Assembly (NCBI GenBank): GCA_951406725.2 | Contig: OX597838.1 | Span: forward strand, 32,178,001-32,242,000 | Direction: 5' to 3' | Origin: Octopus vulgaris | Taxonomy: Eukaryota | DNA length: 64,000 nucleotides | In this document: positions 11,921 to 24,364 of the stretch, one piece after another | How the letters are laid out: every line of letters begins with the position of its first letter | Numbering within the stretch: position 1 is the stretch's first letter | The notes under the pieces: model-generated | What the model was told of the DNA's origin: nothing | The model's input: the letters and a program-made list of their open reading frames with translations, nothing else | Database searches by the model: none | Translations under genes and position numbers: made by a program

Positions 11921-12281
11921 CACAACTGGGTCCCGTCACCCATTCTCACCATTCATCACCTCTCTAACTGCACTGTTCTGTTGCTGTAATTAATTGCAAG
12001 CAGAGGTAGACACTCCATCAGCTTTTCCCTGCTGCCAGTTATCTGTGTCACTACCCGGAACCATTTCATCCAGCTGCAGAGAGCAGGAGCCAGGCTGGAG
12101 CAGACACTGGAACATAATGCAGACTTTGGACTCACCAGACCTTGTCAAACCATCCAACACAGGTCAGCATGGTGCATGGGTGGTAAATGATGGCAGGGGG
12201 ACAGACTAGTGTGTGTATGCATGTATATATATGTGTGGAGAGTATATATATATATATATATATGTGTATGTGTGTGTGTGT

Positions 12282-12592
12282 GAGGTGCAATGGCCCAGTG
12301 GTTAGGGCAGTGGACTCGCGGTCGTAGGATCGCGGTTTCGATTCCCAGACCGGGCGTTGTGTGTGTTTATTGAGCAAAAACACCTAAAAAGCTCCACGAG
12401 GCTCCGGCAGGGGGTGGTGACAATCCCTGCTGTACTCTTTCGCCACCACTCCTCCTCTCACTCTTTCTTCTGTTGGCCTGCTCGCTTAGCCAGCGGGGTG
12501 GCGTCATTCGAAGGCTAAAACAATGCGAACGCATTGTGACCAGCGATGTGCAGCAACATCTGATGATCTGGTCGGTCACGTGATCACGTGAT
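12282..12592 (+). mobile_element. CpG-rich tRNA-derived SINE (family D)
   Basis: A box TGGCCCAGTGG and B box GGTTTCGATTCC; the 5' half recurs reversed at ~49790-49972. Confidence 0.75.
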
Positions 12593-12853
12593 ATATATAT
12601 ATATATTTTTTTTTCTCTCCTTGTTTTTTTCTGTGTATCTTTCTGTCGAAGAGCGTAGGCTCGAAACGTAAAAAGACTTTTTCTATTTCTATTCCTGAGC
12701 ACTATCCTAATACATTTGTTTGTTTGTACTCCACCTGCCCTCATCTTTTGTTTATTTTCGTAAATATATGTGCATGTGACAGTGAGGAACTAAAGATGCA
12801 TACAGTGGGTGGTGGTGGTGGTGTGTAACAACAATAAAAGCAACAAACACTAC

Positions 12854-12959
12854 CTGCTTCAGCTTCAATTTTGTCTTCTTTGATATACTTTAAAGTCATC
12901 CGTTCTGCCAGAGGAAGATAGAGTGACTTGGCCTGTTGTCTGTCTTCAGCTGTGTGGGC
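12854..12959 (-). CDS. NAA25: NAA25 exon 5 (AHTAEDRQQAKSLYLPLAERMTLKYIKEDKIEAEA)
   Basis: Acceptor CCATCCAG, donor G|GTAGTG, 106 nt. LPLAERM and KEDKIEAEA motifs. Confidence 0.96.
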
Positions 12960-13067
12960 CTGGATGGGAGAGAACACACACATATATATATATATACACA
13001 CACACACAATGGTTAAACAACAATCTACATACATACGGCCAGAGAGAGAGAGAGAAACATACATAAG

Positions 13068-13435
13068 TGCAGGCATGGCTGTGTGGTAAGAAGTATGCTT
13101 CTCAACCACATGGTTCCAGGTTCAGTCCCACTGCATGGCACCTTGGGTAAGCGTCTTCTACTATAGCCTCAAGCCGACCAAAGCCTTGTGAGTGAATTTA
13201 GTAAAATGGAAACTGAAAGAAGCCTGTCATATATATGTGTGTGTATGTGTTTGTCCCCCATCACTGCTTGACAATCTGAGTTGGTTTGTTTATGTCCTCA
13301 TAACTTAGTGGTTTGGCACAAGAGACAAAAGATAACAGACAGGGTTTAAAAACATATGTATTGACTAAAACCCTTCAAGGCGGTGCCCCAGCATGGCTGC
13401 AGTTCAATGATTGAAACAGGTAACAGATAAAAGAT
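13068..13435 (+). mobile_element. SINE family A
   Basis: Similar to 116-518. Confidence 0.8.
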
Positions 13436-13723
13436 ACATATAGACTAGTGCTTTGAAACCAGTATGCTGCGGCACACTGGTGTGCCATGAGACGATGCTA
13501 GGTGTGCCGCAGTCATCATCATCATCATTTAATGTCCATTTTCCATGCTGGCATGGGTTGGACCAGTGTAACTAAATACAATTTTCTCCCCATACTTTTA
13601 GTTATATTTTTAGTTCAGGTGTGCAACCAAATGTTGAAAAGAATGTAAGTGCACGACAGGTGAAAAAGGGTTGCAGGGAACTGATATAGACACATACACA
13701 CCCATACGGAGAGGGTAACTAAC

Positions 13724-13920
13724 CTGCATGACAATACTCATCACTGCCCAGAAGTAATAAGGGTTCTTGGTGGGTTTCAACTTGTGAAGGAGCATTGCTG
13801 TTTGATGCTGTTTTTTGTAATATCCTAGTCGGACGTAAGACATGAACAGGGCTGATAGAATCTCTTCACTGTCTGGCCGGGCTTTGTATGCGTTCTCGTA
13901 CATGTTGGCAATCAGATCAA
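13724..13920 (-). CDS. NAA25: NAA25 exon 4 (FDLIANMYENAYKARPDSEEILSALFMSYVR...KNPYYFWAVMSIVMQ)
   Basis: Acceptor CCCCACAG, donor CAG|GTTAGT, 197 nt. Contains the diagnostic KNPYYFW motif. Confidence 0.97.
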
Positions 13921-14032
13921 CTGTGGGGAAACGAACAAGAAAAGCACAAAAATGGAGATAGAAAAGAATGCAGGAAAGGAGTGTGTGTGTGTGTGTGAGG
14001 AGTTAAGGCTTTTGAAAGATAACAGGGGTTAA

Positions 14033-14170
14033 CATTATTTACACTTGACAGATATTTATCCTCATCTTGTTTGTTGTTAACACAACGTTTTGGCTGATAT
14101 ACCCTCCAACCTTCATCAGGTGTCTTGGGGAAATTTCAAACCTGGTTCTCATTCCTAAGGTATTTTTCAA

Positions 14171-14216
<46 letters not shown>

Positions 14217-14687
14217 GAGTGAGAGAGCAGTTCATGCCATCAAAGTGACACTGGGGTAAAATATACTAAGCCCAATATACCCATCATGACTACCCATCTG
14301 ATAAGGGTACACCAGGCACATGCATCACAACCATATGTGCGCAACATAGTGATCTCATATCAAGGTAAACAGTGCATGACCTTGCAGGTGGGGCCCAGTT
14401 AGAATTTTCTTCTGGTCGAATTATTATTATTATTATTATTATTATCATTCAGGTCACTGTCTGGAATCGAACTCGAAATCTTGATTCAAAGTTCAATTCT
14501 AGGCAGTGACCTGAATAATAATAATATCAAAAATACCTTAGGAATGAGAACCCAGGTTTGAAATTTCCCTAAGAAGGCTGGAGGGTATATCAGCCGAAAT
14601 GTTGTGTTAACAACAAATAAGATGAGGACAAATATCTGTTGAATGTAAATAATGTACATAATTCCTCATCTCTTAAGTATAGAACTG
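14033..14687. mobile_element. Inverted Penelope-like pLTR pair with degenerate hammerheads and 12-bp TSD
   Basis: Arms of about 200 bp are inverted around ~14480. TSD AACAGGGGTTAA at 14021-14032 and 14688-14699. Minus-strand ACAC-CTGATGA-..-AAAAC-GTT-GTGT at 14080-14123. A second repeat is inserted in (ATT)n at 14217-14420. Confidence 0.75.
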
Positions 14688-15889
14688 AACAGGGGTTAAG
14701 GCAGTGATCCAGCTTCACAACTAATTTACCAACTCCCTAATTACAGTTCTCTTAAGCCCTCAATGATATATGGGGAGCAACAGATAAAAGGTTAAAACTA
14801 GATTGCTAATGCAATAACAATAAAACGTAGGGTGGTATGATGGGCCAATGGAGAGAGAATAAGGATATTTTATTGACTTTACAAGGCAGGACTTCTGAAA
14901 TACATAGTGAGGTGTAGAGGGGCGAAGAAAAGTGAAGGGGGCAGATGTATTGGCTTGTAAGGAAAAATTTCTAAAATACAGGAAGGTGTGGTACAAAATA
15001 AACAGAAAGGGGCCAGTAAATTAAAGAGAAGCAAGAAACAGGAGTTTTTAACAGTTTTGATGCCAACCCCCTTGAAACTGCCCCTTATTCTTTGAGAGAA
15101 GCTCCCTGTTTAACAGTGATCTAAATTAATACCTATTTCTTTACTACCCACAAGGGGCTAAACAACAGAGGGGACAAACAAGGACAGACAAACGGATTAA
15201 GTCGATTACATCGACCCCTAGTGCGCAACTGGTACTTAATTTATCGACCCCGAAAGGATGAAAGGCAAAGTCAACCTCGGCGGAATTTGAACTCAGAACG
15301 TAACGGTAGACGAATACAGCCACGCATTTCGCCCGGTGTGCTAACGATTCTGCCAGCTCGCCACCCTAATTAATTAATACCTTTTTCCATTCAAATTTCG
15401 GGTTGATTTATGTTCGAAACATCAGCTTAATAATGATAAAATTATTTTAGTAAATTCCTCATTATTTTCAAAATTAATTGGAAATGAAGGCTGTTTACTT
15501 CAACAAGAATATGGTAGCAGAAGGGTTAAATATTAAAATTAGTTTAAAAAGGGGTTTGAGATGAAGAACAATAAGGGAGACTGTAAAAAGAGGAATTTAG
15601 AAATCATCATTTAATATCTGTTTTCCATGCTGGTCGAATGGGTTAAAAGGAGCTGGCAAGGCCAGGATTCACACCAAACTCCGTTGTCCATTTTGACATG
15701 GTGCCTACAGCTGGATGCTCTTTCTAACACCTACCACTTTACAAAGTGTACTGAATGCTTTTCACATGGCACCAGCACCATATACATATCAGAGATAAGA
15801 AAGGGCAAACAGGGATATTTTAAATTTTTTGACAACATAAAAAGGGAGGATTGGTTTATAAAAAGAGAAGGCCCATAGGCCGAACTTAC

Positions 15890-16028
15890 ATTGGTGAGTC
15901 TCTCGGTAACAAATCAACATGCCTTGAAGTGTGGCTTCGTCTGTCGGCTGCAGAGAGTGAACTTCTTGTAATATACAGGAACTTTCATCATCCCGGCCAA
16001 GATGGAGCAGTGCCAGTGCCTTTAATAC
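15890..16028 (-). CDS. NAA25: NAA25 exon 3 (VLKALALLHLGRDDE...PTDEATLQGMLICYRETHQ)
   Basis: Acceptor GGCAG, donor T|GTAAGT, 139 nt. TPR-like segment inside ORF 15789..16049. Confidence 0.96.
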
Positions 16029-16896
16029 CTGCCAGCAGAAGAAATCCAAGCAAATAGCATCATCATCATCATCATTATAGTACCACCACTGTGTGTGTGT
16101 GTGTTTTTCTTGTATTTGTACAAGGCTGCAGATATGTAGGGCAGAGTCATAATTGATGTAATCAATTAGTAATATATTACTGGTACTATTTTAATCCCTG
16201 CCCACAAAAGGCTGCTGCATTTTAAATATTGTTTCCCCTCCTCCATACAGACATCATCATCATCATTTAATGCCTGCCTGCCATGTGCTGGCGTGGGTCG
16301 GATGGTCTGACCGGATCCAATGAAATGGAGGGGATGCATTGAACCCCAGTGACTGCCTTGGAATGGTTTCTATGGCTTGGTGTCTTTCCTAACGCTAATC
16401 TCTTTACAGAATGTAAAGGGTACCTTTCGTGTGACACTGACACTAGTGAGGTCATCAGGTAATTTGCAAGACAAAGAAAGGCCCCTTGACTAAGTGGGGT
16501 CATAGTAAAGAGGGAGCTAGTTTTATGCCAGGTGTTGAAATGCTTAAAGATGAGAGAAGAACAGGCAATGGTGCTTTGATATTGAGGAGGCTACCCTGTA
16601 TTATATATAAGGGTGGGTGGATGTAGCTGGAAGGAAGGCAAAGATGGTGACAGTGTCAGAGTGTATAAAACATAATTAGACAACAAACACCACACAAGAG
16701 TATTATTCCCCATTTAGTTCACAAGGTTGTAAAGCAGACTTCCCAGTCACACAGCCATACCCATGTCTATAATATGACATCAAACCGGGAGAAAGATTTT
16801 GGTCCCGTTTCAGCAGGGTGGAGTTCCTTTTTGACTTAAGTAGCAGAGGCATGTTAAAAGTGATGCCACAAGATGAAATGATGGGATCTTTCTTAC

Positions 16897-16982
16897 CTTT
16901 GCACATTGGTTATCTCTCTGTTTTTTGAGCAGCTTATCAGCTTCTTGTACTGCCTTCTTGTTGTTGCCAAGATCCAAACATT
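16897..16982 (-). CDS. NAA25: NAA25 exon 2 (ECLDLGNNKKAVQEADKLLKKQRDNQCAK)
   Basis: Acceptor CTTTCCAG, donor AAG|GTAAGA, 86 nt. Matches LDNGNNKMAIQQADKLLKKHKDLHCAK. Confidence 0.96.
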
Positions 16983-17238
16983 CTGGAAAGATAATTCAGC
17001 AGAAATATTTACTTATTCAACCACGATAAGACAACGGAAAAATAAAACTCCCATAACACAGACCATCAGCAAGTGTGGACAGCAGACTGAGTCCCTTTTT
17101 TATAACTAGCAAGGGTGGACAGAGGATAAAGTCCCATACTAACACTAGTAGGTATGGAGAGTAGACCAAATGCCTTACAATGGACCAATAAGTGTGGAGA
17201 GTGGTCTAGGAGAAAGCCCCATAACAATAGCCATCAAC

Positions 17239-17660
17239 ATCATCATCATCGTTTAACGTCCGTTCTCCATGCTAGCATGGGTTGGACGGTTCGACCGGGG
17301 ATCTGGGAAGCCAGAAGGCTGCACCAGGCTCTAGTCTGATCTGGCAGTGTTTCTACAGCTGGATGCCCTTCCTAACGCCAACCACTGCGTGAGTGTAGTG
17401 GGTGCTTTTTACGTGCCACCTGCACAGGTGCCAGGCGAGGCTGGCAACGGCCACGATCGGATTAGTGCATTTTACGTGCCACCGGCACGGAAGCCAGTCA
17501 AGGCGGTGCTGGCATCAGCCACGATTCGGATGGTGCTTTTTACGTGCCACCGGCACAGAAGCCAGTCTAGGCTGCGCTGGCATCGGCCACGATTCGGATG
17601 GTGCTTTTTACGTGCCACCGGCGCAGGGATCCCAACTGCAGTTTCCATTGATATTGATAT
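17239..17660 (-). mobile_element. Family C
   Basis: Reverse copy with 4 internal units. Confidence 0.88.
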
Positions 17661-17729
17661 TGGTGTACTTGACAACAGTCAGTTATGAATACATCTGATT
17701 AAAATGCTGGATATAAGAGGACCCCAATA

Positions 17730-17945
17730 TTATGCAGAGAGAGGAGACTGCACTGTTATAGGAAAATGATGAGCACGAAGGACATGAGTTGTGTAAAAAA
17801 AAGTATCAACTACTTGAATTGGTTGGCACTTGTGAAGAGGGAGTCCAAGCAAGACATGGGACAAAATGGTGAAGGCTGATCTCGAGATGTTGAGGCTCAC
17901 AAAGATTATGAAGAACAGTAACAAGCAGTGACACACAATCAGTTG
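17730..17945 (+). mobile_element. RTE-clade LINE 3' coding remnant
   Basis: Degenerate ERRLHCY...SCVKK...PSKTWDKMVKADLEMLRLTK resembles RTE C-termini (RRLRWYGH...GRPRKTW...D). Reverse-oriented relatives at ~9840-10075 and ~32280-32470. Confidence 0.65.
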
Positions 17946-18079
17946 CAGGGGAAGATCCAGTCACAAGTGCAATAGTGGCCGAAAACACTTGTTTGAATGG
18001 TAATAGAGATAAAAGCTAGGATGAGTGATGTTTGAGCTCTTTGCAATTGTATTCCTATTATAGTATGTCCTTGTGTATT

Positions 18080-18484
18080 TTACTCTTTACTTTTTTACTT
18101 GTTTCAGTCATTTGACTGCGGCCATGCTGGAGCACCACCTTTAGTCGAGCAACTGGACCCCGGGACTTATTCTTTGTAAGCCCAGTACTTATTCTATCAG
18201 TCTCTTTTGCTGAACCACTAAGTGACGGGGACGTAAATACACCAGCATCGGTTGTCAAGCAATGCTAGGGGGACAAACACAGACACACAAACAAACATAT
18301 ATATATATATATACATATATACGACAGGCTTCTTTCAGTTTCCGTCTACCAAATCCACTCACAAGGCATTGGTCGGCCCGGGGCTATAGTAGAAGACACT
18401 TGCCCAAGATGCCACGCAGAGGGACTGAACCCGGAACCATGTGGTTGGTTAGCAAGCTACTTACCACACAGCCACTCCTGCGCC
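18080..18484 (-). mobile_element. SINE family A
   Basis: Full-length reverse-complement copy. Confidence 0.9.
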
Positions 18485-18717
18485 TATTTATTTCTTTATT
18501 TTAAAACTTGATTTTTAACTGGAGGAAAAAAAAAACTGGTGGTGGTGACTGGGAGAGGGGGCACGGGGCAAAGCTAAAACTATGAAAGGAAAAAAAATTT
18601 GTACCAAGATTTAGCACAAAATAAGGGGTGCAACAGAGTAAATCTTCACCTAACCTCTCATTCTATCATCTACACTGTACCCGATCTCCACCCCTGTACA
18701 GTGTTTCGCCTATCTCA

Positions 18718-18943
18718 TGTAAAAAGCACCATCCGATCGTGGCCGTTTGCCAGCCTCGTCTGGCACGTAAAAAGCACCCACTACACTCACGGAGTGGTTG
18801 GCGTTAGGAAGGGCATCCAGGTGTAGAAACACTGCCAGATCACACTGGAGCCTGGTGCAGCCTTCTGGCTTCCCAGATCCCCGGTTGAACCGGCCAACCC
18901 ATGCCAGCATGGAAAGCGGACGTTAAACGATGATGATGATGAT
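18718..18943 (+). mobile_element. Family C
   Basis: Forward copy. Confidence 0.85.
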
Positions 18944-19326
18944 ATTCAGTGTTTCCACCATCACCGGTCCCTCATTTTACTTCAGTTCCATCATGACACT
19001 GGTCTAATGAAGGTTAGTATCTGTCCATTTTTGGTATCCCCACCCCTACCATCACCCTTCTTTACTGAACCCCATCAATCTCTGTGCCCCCACCCCACCC
19101 CATCCCACCCCAACCTGACCTCTCACCAACATCTAACCAGCATCATTTACCATCACCCACCTTCATTACTGTTCCAATATGGTATTACTTTAAATTCAGT
19201 TCAAATGAAAAACTTGTAACTTCACAAATTTATTTTGGAGTTCTTTGCAAATTTGAATAGATACGTGTGTGTGTGTATATATATACATACATACGCGCGC
19301 ACACACACACACACACATACACATAC

Positions 19327-19358
<32 letters not shown>

Positions 19359-19586
19359 TGAGGCTTTCTTCCAAGGAATCTAATGCGCTTGGCTTAGATT
19401 TTCCTTTGGGGCTGGCCAGATCGGAGCAATCTCAAGATTAATCAGCCGAAATTGCGAAGATGATCCGGTTCTTGACTGAAGATTGAAGGCTTCGAATGTC
19501 CCGTCAGTGTTTTTTGTATCGTCTTCTAAATGTTTCGCGTTCTTGTCCCAGTTTGTATTTTTTTACATTTACACACACACACACAC

Positions 19587-19636
<50 letters not shown>

Positions 19637-19729
19637 TTCAGCAAAATTTAGATTCAGATGAATATGGTACTTAAGCCAAAGGCACTAGAATTTTGTATGG
19701 TATTATCCATATAAATCAAATGGGCTAAT

Positions 19730-19914
19730 TATAATCAAAATAAGCAACAAGGATATCCAAGCTAGAGTAGTACAATCGTTTCATGCAACTTCATTTTATT
19801 AAACATGTTTAACATTTTATTAACATGTTTATTAAAAGTGTTTAATAAAATGAAGTAGCATGAAACAATTGTACTACTCTAGCTTGGATATACTTGTTGC
19901 TTATTTTGATTATA
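19730..19914. repeat. About 76-bp imperfect inverted repeat
   Basis: Arms at 19730-19805 and 19839-19914; related sequence at ~30-105. Confidence 0.88.
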
Positions 19915-21446
19915 TATATATACATACATGTGTGTATATGTATGTATATATATATATATTTTGACTTTGTGGCTGTGTTTGTCTCCCACCTTTGCTTGAT
20001 AAATGGTTGGTGTTGCAGTGTTTACATTCATGTAACTTAGCGGTTTGGTAAAAGAGACCAATAAAAAGTACCAGTCATAAAATAGAAAGAACTGGTGTTG
20101 GTTTGTTTGATTAAAATTCTTCAAGGCGGTGCCCCAGCATAGCCACAGTCTGATGACTGTAAAAGATAAAAGAACCACTAAATTCCTTAGTAAAACTTAA
20201 AGCTCAGAGAGGTAATTCTTGTACCTCTCACAGTCACTTTATCTGCTAGAAATAGCAACCCAAATGCTTTCAAATCCAATCCCAATGCTGGATGTTCAAG
20301 AACCAAATGAAGGGCAGATTTTCATTCCTGGGGTCATCCCGATTCCAAAAAGTTACATGTTTATGTAGAGCAAATGTGGACTGAAACACAAGGGTTACAG
20401 ACAGACAGAGTTTCACTTTTACTAATATAGAGTGGAAATTTGGCTGCTATTTCTAATAGTCTGAGAAACCACATAGAGGTTGGTTCCTTTATGATGATGA
20501 TTGTACTGGTGATGTTTATGGTGATTAACAGTACCAGCTGACTGGTAGAGTTGAACAAGTCCCATGTCCTCTCTGACCACTAATGGACACAGACTGACCC
20601 TCAATTATAGCCATTAACACCTCCACACACTAACCCCCACCTCCTGATTAAAGAGTCTGCAATGAGACAAGTACACCCGATTAGACACGTCTATTGTTGT
20701 TGTAGCCACCCTGAATAAGCAACAATCTACCCAGTAATCAGTGTATAACATTGTGTGTACATCACCAACCTACACACACACACACCTGTACTCAGCTTGA
20801 CCACCTGGGTACTAATTAGCTTTAACTATCTAAAATGACCTATCTCTATAACTGGTGGAACAGTCCATTTATTGACTGGAGTAACAAGTGGAAAAGTCCA
20901 TTGGTTGGCTGGACTACAGCCTAACTACAAATCCACCACCACTACCACCACCACATCTAGATGCTATCTTTGGAGGTTAGTTTAATTTGAAACCAAGATG
21001 GTTCTAAACTTTATTTCTGGATTGTATTCCCTCCCCCCTCACAGCTATCATATCTCCCCCCCGCCCCGTTCTCCCCTCTATGTTCCTCCCCTTCTCAGGC
21101 ATTAACACATCTCCCTGTATCCTCCTCCTACACCTCTCTCTCTCTGCCACAGCTCAAAAACCGGATGATGGTACTTGGAGATATAGCTTCAACAGGCAGG
21201 AGTGAGACATTGATGATGATGATGATGATGGTGGTGGGGAGGGGTTAGAGTTGGAGAGAGAGAAAAGGGGGGAAGGGGGAAGCAAGCAAAGTGAAAGGAG
21301 GGGGAAAGACAGAAAGATGAGGAAAGAAAAAAAAAGCACTTGACTACTGGCCCTTATTAACCCATCCCAAAGAGAGATGGCTGAGTCAAGGCTGTTTTTT
21401 TTTTTTTTTTGCTGGCCCTTATCAAGCCTTTGCAGAGGAGTGAGGA

Positions 21447-21483
<37 letters not shown>

Positions 21484-21530
21484 AATCTGCAAGCTGTTAT
21501 CAGATCAATCCATCCAACAGGCAGTAATAT

Positions 21531-21569
<39 letters not shown>

Positions 21570-21714
21570 AGTAGATTCCATTTGCTAAGAATGTGAGGAA
21601 AATAACAGTGTTTTGCATTGTCAGCCAAAAGTAATAGAAATAATCTAAAAAAACGATGGTGGAAAGAAGAGGAAAGAGTTGAACAGTGTGAAGAGATACC
21701 CTTTCTTGGGGGGG

Positions 21715-21900
21715 AGGAAGAGAGAGAGAGAGAGTGTGTGTGAGATAGAGAGAGAAAGAGTGAGAGAGAGTGTGAGAAATAGAGAGAGAAAGAGTAAAAG
21801 AGTGAGTGAGAGTGTGTAAGACAGAGAGAGAAAGAGTAAAAGAGTGTGAGTGAGAGAGAGAGAAAGAGTAAAAGAGTGTGTGAGAGAGAATAAGAAAGAA
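21715..21900. repeat. GA-rich low-complexity tract
   Basis: (GA)n/(GAGT)n mosaic. Confidence 0.9.
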
Positions 21901-23449
21901 ACAATCAAGATTTTATCACAAAATTTCTAAACTGGTAAACAAATGAAGGCTTAGTCAAGTATTTCTTCTCCCTCTCCGTTCCAAGTGAAGAACAGTCATT
22001 TATTACACTCAAGTACAACCACAATAGTGTTTATTTCAAATGACATTAGTCTATAGCGGTTGTTGTTGTTTAACACCAGGTCAGTCATGATACAGCAGAC
22101 CCATGATCAAACATGTTACAACTGTGGCCATCAGAATCCAATGTGTCCTTCTCTTTTTCAGATAATAGAAAGGGCTGTGAGAAAGATTTGGTTGTTATTT
22201 CTAGGTCAAGCAAGTACTTAGACCTGCCTCATTGGCTAATATGTGCAGCTGATGTAGAAGGGAGTATAGGCAGTTGTATAGCTTTTTGCCTATACATGCA
22301 TACAGTAATTATTTCTTTAAAACCTGGCATTTATTCTATCAGTTTCTTTTGCTGACTGGGGTAGCCAGGTCTCTCCTCTACAGCAAGACACCTGTTCCCT
22401 TGCCTCTATTCATACTATAAGCTCCCATCAATGGGCATAGTGCCACCTCCCTCAATACTACTCCACCTCTCGAATGAAAGGTCTTTATCTTACAACTTAC
22501 CTGGTCACCTCACTCACTGGTGATGGTGCCACATAAAAAGCACCTGGTACACTTTTTTAAAGTGGTTGGCATTCGGAAAGGCATGGAGCTGTAGAAACCA
22601 TGCCAGAGATGACACTGGGATTCAGTGCAGACTATCAAACCATCCAAATGATACCAGTATGGAAAACAGACATATGATGATGTTCCATCTTCCCTTTGTA
22701 CACACAACAATGCATACATCTACTCACCCCCTACACCAACACCTCTACACTCTCCAGCCTGGCCCTAATCCAATGACTGAAACAAGTAAAGGATAAAAGA
22801 TAAACAGGGGTACTATATAAGGGGTTTAGTAACATCCTCAAGGAAAATTATGACATGAGAAATTGCCCCTCCTGTATCCCTTGAGTGATGCCCCCCCCCC
22901 CCCCTTAAAGTTACACCATTTGGAACACTAAAAAACAAAAACCAGTCGACACTTCATGGCTGGATATTTCATTAATCATTGATTGGAAATATTTAAATAG
23001 CTTCAGAGGCTAATTAATTTTCTTTGTTATTTAACAAAGAAAGAAGAAGAAAAAAAAATTAGAAAGACTTAATTAAAACAGAAAGGGAAATACAAAGGCA
23101 GAAAACCAATAATGTTGCATCCAGCATGCGTGGAGTGGAGTGTCTTGCTCAACGTTTAACTCTTCAGCTTCCATAACATTAATGCATGTATTATGGCTGT
23201 GGGGGTTAGGGTACTGGACAGCCGATCTAATGACCCTTTACAGTTCAACTACATTCTCTGTGAGGTACTTCAACCTTGTAGCATTCAAACTGACCACATC
23301 TGGCCAAAATATTCTGCCTCTATTATGCTCAAACTGGTCAGATCCAACATTTCATACCTTCTCTACAATGTCATTGGAAAAAATAAACAATCACATCATC
23401 GAAATCTCAAAGCTACGAGATAATCTAGGATTAATTCAGGACAATGTAA

Positions 23450-24263
23450 TCGTAGTTGTGACTGATGCCAGTGTTGCATACCTGGCACATAAAAAAAAAC
23501 CCTTCAAACTTTGGGCCTCACGGGGGCAGTAGCAAGTGACCGAGAGCTTTGGCGATATACCGTGCTTGCGAAGACCTGTCCAGCCAAGTGAGATCATAGT
23601 TGTGGCTGATGCTGGTATATTGTAACAGGTAACCGTGCTGGTGGAATGTAAAAAGCACCCACTACACTCTTGGAGGGGTTGGCATTAGGAAAGGCATCCA
23701 GCTGAAGAAAACCATGCCAAATCGGATTGGAGCCTGGTGCAGCTCCTTAGTTTACTAATTTCCAGTCAAATTGTCCAACCCATGCCAGCATGGAAAACAG
23801 ATGCTAAATGATGATGATGATGATGATTAAATAAGCATGAGATTTGACAGAGTAATCTGAATACTAATGGGTTAAACTCATAAACAAGGTACATAAATCG
23901 CTTGGAAGAGAGCCATCCGAACGTGACTGTAGCCAGTGCCGCCCGACTGGCCTCTGTGCCGGTGGCACGTAAAAAGCACCATCCGATTGTGGCCGTTTGC
24001 CAGCTTCGTCTGGTCCCCGTGCCGGTGGCACGTAAAAAGCACCATCCGATTGTGGCCATTTGCCAGCCTCGTCTGGCACCTGTGCCGGTGGCACGTAAAA
24101 AGCACCCACTACACTCACGGAGTGGTTGGCATTAGGAAGGGCATCCAGCTGTAGAAACACTGCCAGATCAGACTGGGCCTGGTGCAGCCTTCTGGCTTCC
24201 CAGACCCCAGTTGAACCGTCCAACCCATGCCAGCATGGAAAGTGGACGTTAAATGATGATGAT
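23450..24263 (+). mobile_element. Two family C copies
   Basis: About 23450-23826 and 23910-24263, both ending in (GAT)n. Confidence 0.82.
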
Positions 24264-24364
24264 AACTGTCTGCACCAGTCTGTCTGTCTGATAAATACTC
24301 TACATTGATTGGTTAGTTGTAGGTGGGGGTACATGAATAACAGCATAACCCCCCCATGAGAGTA

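Noticed and set aside
12282-12356. tRNA gene
   Set aside because: It has A and B boxes but no convincing full cloverleaf or Pol III terminator, and it continues into a SINE body repeated elsewhere. The same applies to the other SINE heads.
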